Below the pieces are notes generated by a model. The model worked only from the letters and a program-made list of their open reading frames with translations. It had not been told where the DNA came from and made no database searches. Source: the human T2T-CHM13v2.0 reference genome, Homo sapiens. Taken from it: 64,000 bases of DNA. Position 1 is the first letter of the stretch. Every line of letters starts with the position of its first letter. The stretch is from the NCBI RefSeq assembly GCF_009914755.1, contig NC_060927.1; one strand, 5' to 3'. Positions 55,291-64,000 of the stretch are shown here, piece by piece. The position numbers and the translations under genes are program-made.

Positions 55291-55437
55291 AGGGATTTCC
55301 CTGCTTAAGGAATGCATATAGATTGAATTCCCGGTGCTTGTTCTAAAATTAGGAAATGAAATCCTAAAGAAAATTTTATTTACTTTTAATATGGCTACTA
55401 TATAAAGTATGTCCTCATGAAAGACATTGGATAACAA

Positions 55438-55590
55438 TAGTGGTCCTCAAACTTTCAGTCATAGAATGCCACTGTTAGATAATTTGAGTCACTAGGTTGA
55501 GGAGTAGCAGGGTCAAGGATCCGCATTTCTAACCAGCTTCCCAGGGTTTCTGTGAGATGTTCAGCTGCTCACACTTTAAGAATAATGATC
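55438..55590. mobile_element. MER5A-like hAT MITE
   Basis: tagtggtcctcaaacttt...gcatttctaaccagcttcccagg...cacactttaagaa. Confidence 0.55.
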
Positions 55591-55909
55591 TTATAGCATT
55601 ATAGCTGTATTGGAAATAGGAACTTCGGAGAAAAATATATAAAAACATTATATCAGAGGAGGGATACGGGCAAAACCTCTTGCACAGAATCCAAGGCCAT
55701 GAATAATATAATATGATGCTGATTTTTAAGTCCAACTTCATCTACCACTGTGCCCCCAAATAACCGTTTGCTTTAAGTAGAGTACCTCTTAAGAACATTT
55801 CAATATTTTGGCCTACAAAACTCCTTTTCTCTTTTCTCCCCAACAGTGACATGTCCCTCCATTTTTTACGAGTATCTGATTTGTACTCATCACCAAGAAC
55901 CTATCTAGC

Positions 55910-56060
55910 TCAGTATTCCTCCAGTCTTAATTGACATACACATCACCCAGGGATATTGTTAAAATGTAGATTCTGACTCAGTAAGTCTGTGGCAGGGCTT
56001 GAGATTCTGCATGTCTAACGAGCTCCCAGGTGATGCTGGTGTTGCTGCCATTCTTGGAGC
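55910..56060. mobile_element. MER5A/B-like hAT MITE
   Basis: tgttaaaatgtagattctgactcagtaagtctg..gcagggcttgagattctgcatgtctaacgagctcccaggtgatgctg. Confidence 0.7.
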
Positions 56061-56355
56061 AAGAAGGCTCCTGCCTACAGTCAACTCTGTCTTCTGAGAA
56101 CCCCTCCTACCCTGGTGAATGTACAGTTCTATGTCTATTTCTTAGTATTAGTCATCTTTCCTATGTGCATGCCTTTCCTCTCTAAAGGGATTCATATTTA
56201 CTATTTAACTACTAAATACTAAGTATTCTGCATGTATTATCTCAATTCTTTCAACTACCCTGGTTAGATGGTATTATCACTGACTTTATATGGATTAAAA
56301 AGTAGGTTCTGAGATATTAAAGGACCATTTAATCAAGATTGCACGCAATTTTCTT

Positions 56356-56787
<432 letters not shown>

Positions 56788-57289
56788 TAAATAATAAACC
56801 CTTCAAATCATAGTCTTAAGTGTTTATAATGATTCAGAAAATTCTCACAATATCATATTGAGTGAAAAGTCAGGATATAAAATTATCAGTGACACCATCT
56901 TAATTCTGCCAAAAGTACACAGACAAAAGGACAAAGGAAAAAAACTAACACCATACATAGTGATTATTTTGAGAAGGGAGAGCTGATAGTATAGAGCTTT
57001 CTGCTTTTATAAGTGACTGTATTTTCTGATACATATATATTTTTGGCAATGAGCATGTATTGCTTTTATAACCAGCAAAACCAACCAATGTAAGTAGGTA
57101 TAATGAATTTATTGCTAGGACCAGGCAAGACTTGTGCAGAAAAGAACAGAGGGAGTCAAGTCAGGTCTGGGAAGTGATGGATGCCTCGCACATGCAAAGG
57201 CAGTAACACATGTGCATGGAGTTAGCTCTTAGAGAGGCACAGCCAGATAGAAACTTGCTTCTAGTTTTTGTTGTAAAACTTGGGAATGC

Positions 57290-57780
57290 TTTTTATTATC
57301 TTTTAAAACTTATTTTCATTGAAGTATAATACATATATAGAAAAGTTCACATAACATAACTATGTTGCTACCTGGATTTTTATAAACCTAACATCCATGT
57401 AAGCAGCACCCAGATAAAGAAATAGAACAGTATCAGTACACTCAGAACCCCTGCTGTGTTCCTTTTGGTTATTCTGCCTACCCTACTTGCCGCACATCTG
57501 CCAGGGTAACCACCGTTCTGACGTGCAACAGTGTGGATTAGTTTTGCCTGTTTTTACCATTTAAATCTGGAGTCATACAGTGTGCAGTTGTGTGTCTCTT
57601 TTATGCAATGTTTGTGAGAGTTATCAATATTGCAAGTTCTTGTCGATATTTTCATTGCTGTATAGTATTCTGTTACATACAATGTGACTATAACACTGTC
57701 TATTCAACTCCTGATGCACATAGGGTAGTTCCTAGATTTTTGTTATGTATAATGCTGCTATGAATACTACAGTATGGATT
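57290..57780 (-). mobile_element. Ancient L1M (MC/MD/ME) 3' end
   Basis: attgaagtataatacat...gggtaaccaccgttctgac...gattagttttgcctgtttt...cattgctgtatagtattc. Confidence 0.7.
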
Positions 57781-59914
57781 TTAGTCAGTGACATTTATTT
57801 TAATATGCTCTGACAATTATTTGACATAGGACTTTCCGATGGATTCTGGTGACTAGCAGTATCCTAAAACTTTAAGGATGCTCTAAGACTCATTTGGAGA
57901 ACTTTGGAAATTTTGAGTCAACAGTTTTGGGGTAAGAACCTGGAATCTGTATTTTAACCAAGTGCTCTTTGGGTGCCATCTTGAGAAACATCTTTATAAA
58001 GAGAAAGAATATGAAACTGAGAGAAACTATGGTTCTAATCTTGGTTTTCCATTTCCTAATTTGATCTGGGGGAAATTACTTGCCCTTACTAGTCTGCTCC
58101 CCCACTCCTCCTCCTCCCTCTTCCTCTTGTAATAATGCCTTCCCAGTTTGAGTATCTGATTCAAATGAAAGAAAATACATGAAAAGGGAAAATGCAAATG
58201 AAAGACATTATTCTGATCACCTAGAGCCTAACAATGATGGTAAGAATAGACAATAAGAATGTAGTTAGTAATACTACCATATACTTAGGTGACATGCCTG
58301 AAGGGGGTAATTTTATTTTTATGAAAGTATGCTACTTCTGTAAAAATTGTGATTGCACAGAGAGATGTGACTCCTATAAACAGTTGACTCATTTTATCTC
58401 AGGTTAGTTTTGGAAAACTAACAGTGCTCAGTGGTTAGCTCACAATACATTGAGTCAGTAGATGGTCATTCTGAGGTTGGTCAAGGAGCTAAGAAAATCT
58501 GAAGCAAGACTAAATTACTTTGTTTCATATTCCTTTAGCAAGATGTAGTTAGGGATTTCTACATTATAGGAGCTCAAAACATTCTTATTGATAAGTTGAT
58601 AATGATAAATAATGATCCCTTCCTAATTCCTAATTCTCTGCCTCTCTTCCACCCACTCTCTGCTCTCGCCTCTTTGACATTTTCTCATAGTGAATGTTCC
58701 ATGTTCGTTCCAACCTCAGCACTTTTGCCCATGCCGTAACCTTTCCCTGGAATGACGTTTAATTCTATGGCCAACATGTACCTATTATCCCTTGGGCTTA
58801 ATTTAAGGACCACTTCCTATTGGAGAACTTCCTGAGATCTCTGGTTACATAATTTCTCATCACTCTGAATGTCTTCACCATAGGACCACTCACACTGCTG
58901 AGTTTTCATAGCTGATCTATCCTGAGGCTGTAAGCTTCATAAGACCAATGGCTAGACTTGGCTCGTTGACTGCAATATCCTCAGCTCAGAGTCCAGAAAA
59001 TAATAGGAGCTCAATAATAATTTTTTTGATGCTGCTTTCTTTCTTTTAAAAGCCAAAAGTATAGATTTTTGGAAACTAACAGTTGGGATACCTGAGAGTT
59101 GGCCCCATGCAAACATGCTATTCCAAAAGGGCATAAAATGTCCATTGCTATTTGTTTTCTATACTTTATAATTTGTTTTCTTTTTAGACATCAGAAGAGA
59201 GAAGGCTTATGTTTATGTTGATTGCAAATGTTTTGGAAGTCTTTGGAGAGCTGCTGGGCATGTATCCTTGGAAGTAAATCTTGCCTTTCATCATAATTTG
59301 AGGACTCTCCTCCAAAGGATAGGGATTAGAACTAGCATTCCACTTAAGGCAGAGTGACTCAAGTACGGTCATGAACTCACGAACTCACCCAAGAATATTT
59401 AAAGTTTTGTGATTTGAACTCAAAATGGTCATTGTGATCACAGCCCGTATAAAAATAATACTTAGAGAGGTTATTGCTCTCTGGATCTGGGAATTGAAGA
59501 CAGCATTTGTTTTATTCTTTCCATGTCATTTGCTTCTTTCACCCATCCTTTGGCCTCTCAGATTGAGGTTTGGCACAGATACTTGGATTAGAAGGGGAGT
59601 CCTGGACTCTCCATCAGTCATCCATCTGTCCATGGGCTAAATAAATGCAGAGCCACCTAAGCTCTTGAGTTTGGAGGAGATATTATGTTTATTTCAGTTT
59701 CTTGAGGCATCGAATTTGTGCAAGTCACAGTGATTAAAAAGGTGGCTATACCAGAAGAGAAAGGACAAACTTATTGTGAGATTCAAAGAGGGCATTTTCT
59801 ATTATGCTAGGCTTAGAATGTTTGGGATGAAAGGATAAGTGAAATCACACAATCTTTCCCTGTCTTCTATTCATTTGCTTTCTCGTTTATTATTCATTTA
59901 GCTTAGTAATCATT

Positions 59915-60450
59915 GCTCAGATTCCGGAATTAGACTGCTTGTGTTTGAGTCCTGACATGGCTTGTTGTTGAATTCATGTAACTGGTCAAGGTGTTTACCA
60001 GTTCTGTATCTCAGTTTGAAGGTCTTTAAAATGGCAATAATACTATGAAATATCTTGGGTTGTTGTAAGGATTAAATGGGATAATGGATGTAAAGTAGTT
60101 AAAGCTTAGATGGGCGCAGTGGCTCATACCTATAATCCCAGCACTTTGGGAGGTTGACGTAGGCAGATCACTTGAGACTAGCCTGTCAACATGGTGGAAC
60201 CGTGTGTATACAATAATACAAAAAGTAGCCAGGTGTGATGGCCCATGTCTGTAGTTTCAGCTGCTTGGGGGATTGAGGTGGGAGGATCGCTTGAGCCTCG
60301 GAGCTGGAGGATTGCTTGAACCTAGCAGGTAGAGGTTGTGGTGAGCCGAGGTTGTACCACTGTACTCCAGCCTGGGTAACAGTCCAAATAAAAAGGGTCC
60401 TGGCACATCTGGCACATAATGAGCGTTCATGCATGTGGATTTTATTATTT
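59915..60450 (+). mobile_element. MIR interrupted by an AluJ
   Basis: tctcagtttg...taaaatggcaataatac...gggttgttgtaaggattaaatgggataat [Alu] cctggcacat. Confidence 0.7.
60108..60394 (+). mobile_element. AluJ (rearranged, with a small internal duplication)
   Basis: gtggctcatacctataatcccagcactttgggagg... and duplicated gaggat(c/t)gcttga(g/a)cct. Confidence 0.85.
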
Positions 60451-61219
60451 GTCAAAAGCCTTTATAGCCACTTAGATGTTGAGCCAGTTACCCAGAATAA
60501 GGCCATCCTCATATTTGTGGACTTGCCTTTCTAATGAGAGAGACAAAATAGCAAAAAACAAAAAAACTCAATATTTTCCAATATTATGATAAGCCCTACA
60601 GTAGAGAACAAATGGGATAATATATGCTGCCAATTCTGAAGATGCAACAGCTATATTTGACATTTGATTTTATACTGAAGGGTAAAAGAGAAGTAAGGAA
60701 AATATACTTCAGGCAAAAGGAATTGCCCACAGATATTTAACACTCTAGAATGATGGAGAAAGCTGGATGTGGTTGGCTTAGAGGTATTCTGGTGAGAAGG
60801 TATGAGTGATGTGACTTAGCTGGTAGGTGGGAAACTCTAAAACTGCTACGCTAAGGGAAATAGTTGTGAAGGATCCTGCATGCAAGCCTGAATTTTTTCA
60901 CTGTTACTCCATGTGCTTCTCATACTATTGGACTAATATTTTCAACATTTATTCCTAAATGCAGCTTGGGATGGGTTTGATTTATCTTTTAGAGTTGTTA
61001 CCTTGAACTTTGAATTTGGCAGGAGCATTACATTTATTTCAATTATTTTAAAAGATTAAGATGTGAGATGTATATGAGATGTGTCTATATTTTACCATTT
61101 CTCTATAAGTTATCTGATTCAACTCCTTCATGACTTTTGGTACCATCCAAGACCTTCCTTTCCCACCCCCATCTCTAAAAGCATTTTCTGTCATAACAAT
61201 CATAGTAACAAGAAACACC

Positions 61220-62624
61220 TGCTGATTTCAAATTATATTACAAAGCTATAGTAAAACAGTATGGTACTGGCATAGAAACAAACACATAGACCAATAGAAC
61301 AGAATACAAAGCCTAGAAATAAACCCATGTGTATACAGTCAACTAATATTCCACAAAGGTGCCAAGAATACACAATGGAGAAAGGATAGTCTCTTCAGTC
61401 ACTCCAGTAAGGATGTCGGGAAAACGGAATATGTACACACCAGACTATTACATTAGATTCTTACCTGACACCACACACAAAAATCAACGTAAAAGGATTT
61501 CAAGATATAAAGTTAAGACCTGACACCATAAAATTTCTAGAAGAAAATGAAAAAAGTTATTTGATATTAATTTTGGCAATGATTTTTTTTTTTTTTAGAT
61601 ATGACATCAAAAGCACAGGTAACACAAGCAAAAATAAACAGGTGGGACAGCAACAAAATAAAAAGGTTTGGTGCAGCAAAGGAAATAACAAAAAGGCAAC
61701 CCAAAAAATATTTGTAAATCATATATCTGATGAGAAGTTAATATCATCAGGGAAATGCAAAGCAAAATCTCAGTGAGATATATCACCTTACAACTGTTAG
61801 GATTGCTATTGTCAAACGGTCAAAGATAACAAGTGTTGGCAAGGATGTGAAGAAAAGGGAATGCTTATCTTTTGTTAATGGGAATGTAAATTAGCACAGC
61901 CATCATGGAAAACAGCATGGAAGTTCCTCAAAAAATTAAAAATAGTACTACCATGTGATCCAACAATCCCACTGCTGGGTACATAGCCAAAGGAAATGAA
62001 ATCAGTGTCTCAAAGAGATGTGCACTCCCATGCTTATTGCAGCATTATTCACAATAGCTAAGATATGGAAATAACTTATATGTCTATTGACAAATACATG
62101 GATAAAGAAAATATGAATATATATATATATATAAAATTCAGCCTTAAAGAAATCCTGCCATATGTGAGAGCATGAATGAACCTGGATTTTATGCTCAGTG
62201 AAAAAAGCCAGGCACAGAAAGGCAAATATTGCATGATCTTATTCATATGTGGAATCTAAAAAGGTTGAACTCATAAAAAGAGTAGAATGGTGGTTATCGG
62301 GGGCCCAGAAATGGAGGAAATCAGGAGATGTTGGTCAAAAGGCACAATCTTACAGTTATAAGGTGAAAAAGTTCTGGAGACTGAATGTACAGCACAGTAA
62401 CTATAATGAATAATAGCATATCATATACTTGAAATTTGCTAAGAGAGTAGATGGATCATAAATATTCTCACAACATACATACACAAAGAAATGCAAATGC
62501 TTGATGTGATAGATATTTAGTGTGTGGTAATCATTTCACATTGTATACATATATGAAAACATCACATGGCATACCTTGAATATATGATTTTTGTCAATTA
62601 TACTTCCTTCATAAAGCTGAAAAA
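61220..62624 (+). mobile_element. L1MA (8/9-like) ORF2 3' part and 3' UTR
   Basis: ctgatttcaaattatattacaaagctatagtaa...gataacaagtgttggcaaggatgtg...tacttgaaatttgctaagagagtagat...tgtcaattatac. Confidence 0.82.
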
Positions 62625-64000
62625 TTATGCCAGAGAAGAGATACCTGAAAACAACATAGTCTGGGGAAAGTGATGAGGGTGACTGAGGACGTTTCTAGGA
62701 AGTAGAATACTAAATCGGGAAAACCATTCTACATTTGATGATAAAGTAAAGTGCTAGTAGGGGGCATCTGGATTTCTAGATTTCAACCAGGGACCTGTTA
62801 GTCTTAAAAAAAAAAAAAAGAAAAAGAAAAAAGCACCTGTTATGTGCAAAGAATTGAGATGGTTGGCATTGAAAAACACCATCTTTTCTTTTTAAATATA
62901 AGTTATCTCTCATCTCTACTCACTATTTTCTCTCCCATTTAAATCTCTCTTTTAAGTGCTCTCTCCATATCTCCGTTTTCTATTTCTTTCTCTGCCATAT
63001 CCCCTAACCCCCACCTCCAAGCTTATCCCTTCCCTAGCTTCTGTTGAGATGGTGGTTTCAAGCTGTGTTCCCACACCTCTTGGAATTCTATGGAGTTAAC
63101 TCGGGGCCATTGCTGGTGGAACTCCAAAACTTGTACCTCAGCTTCCACCCTGCCTCTGACTTGCTTTATATGTTGAGGAAGATTTTGTTTGGAGAAATGG
63201 TTCTGGGGTTACAGGAAGTTTAATATTATATCCTCAGGGTATTGAGTTGTACTTCATTTCTCATTTTCTTTAACTACTTCATAAATAGTAGAACAGATTG
63301 GACCAGGGTCCTTTTCAAATAAATTTGTCTGTGTATTTTCTTATTTTTTCACAATGGCTCCCTTGAACTGTTTCTCTGTCTTATTATTTTCCCTACTAAT
63401 AGTGCTATTTAAGTGGGAGAATGTGCTGGATAGCTGTTTTTATAATCTTCTGAATTATACAAATCAGAATGGCATTCTTGAATCTTACTTTTTAAAAGAC
63501 ATCACTGACTCGTGTTATGAAGCATTGTATATCAATGGCATACAAGGTTGAAATGGAATAATGTGTGTATTTATATGCTTTTCATGTGTTGTATAAAAGA
63601 CACATCCCATTAGGCTTCACATTCTCTCCCTCTGCTGAGTGGGAGGCAGGTCAGCCTGTCCGGTAGTCCACATCAGAGAGGACATAGAGTCAGAAAGAAG
63701 ATGAAGGAGCAGTAATTCAGTATGTATTAGGCTGCAAAACTCTGCAGCTGCATGATAATTGCACCTCATGCTCTGACCTGCTCCAAGGATTTTGGTAGTT
63801 TGGTGTGGGAGGAAGGGGATCGGAGTGCAAAGAGTAACTATGAATCATTTGTGAGTGAGAAGAGGAAGCCTTCTTCTCCTTTTTTCTTACTTTTGCCAAG
63901 TAATTGAGTCTAATATTAATGGAGCAAGACTGGGGGAGTAGAAGGAAGTGGGTTATAGAAACTTCTTTAAAAAGATTGTTAAGCAAACGGATACAATGCG

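Overview
Primate (human/great-ape-like) genomic DNA, AT-rich and dominated by interspersed repeats. I see no intact protein-coding gene, RNA gene or CRISPR array. The ORF-track entries I can recognise are LINE-1 ORF1/ORF2 fragments or Alu/LTR artefacts. Main contents: a full-length, dead L1PA7-type LINE-1 (11.9-18.6 kb, +); a ~6.9 kb ancient antisense L1M (42.4-49.2 kb); about 16 Alus; many MaLR/ERVL/ERV1 solo LTRs; MIR and L2 fragments; several DNA-transposon fossils. The most notable object is a TA-flanked Tigger/pogo element at 4196-7068. Its ends match the non-autonomous MER46C, and its interior is a decayed but end-to-end Zombi/Tigger4/Jerky-like transposase gene on the minus strand, making it a candidate autonomous parent of MER46C. 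The repeat-free islands carry several + strand exon-like units (possible lncRNA or decayed gene) and a CpG-enriched island at 25.8-26.5 kb. Repeat family names come from my recall of consensus sequences, not from a search. Boundaries of old repeats are approximate.
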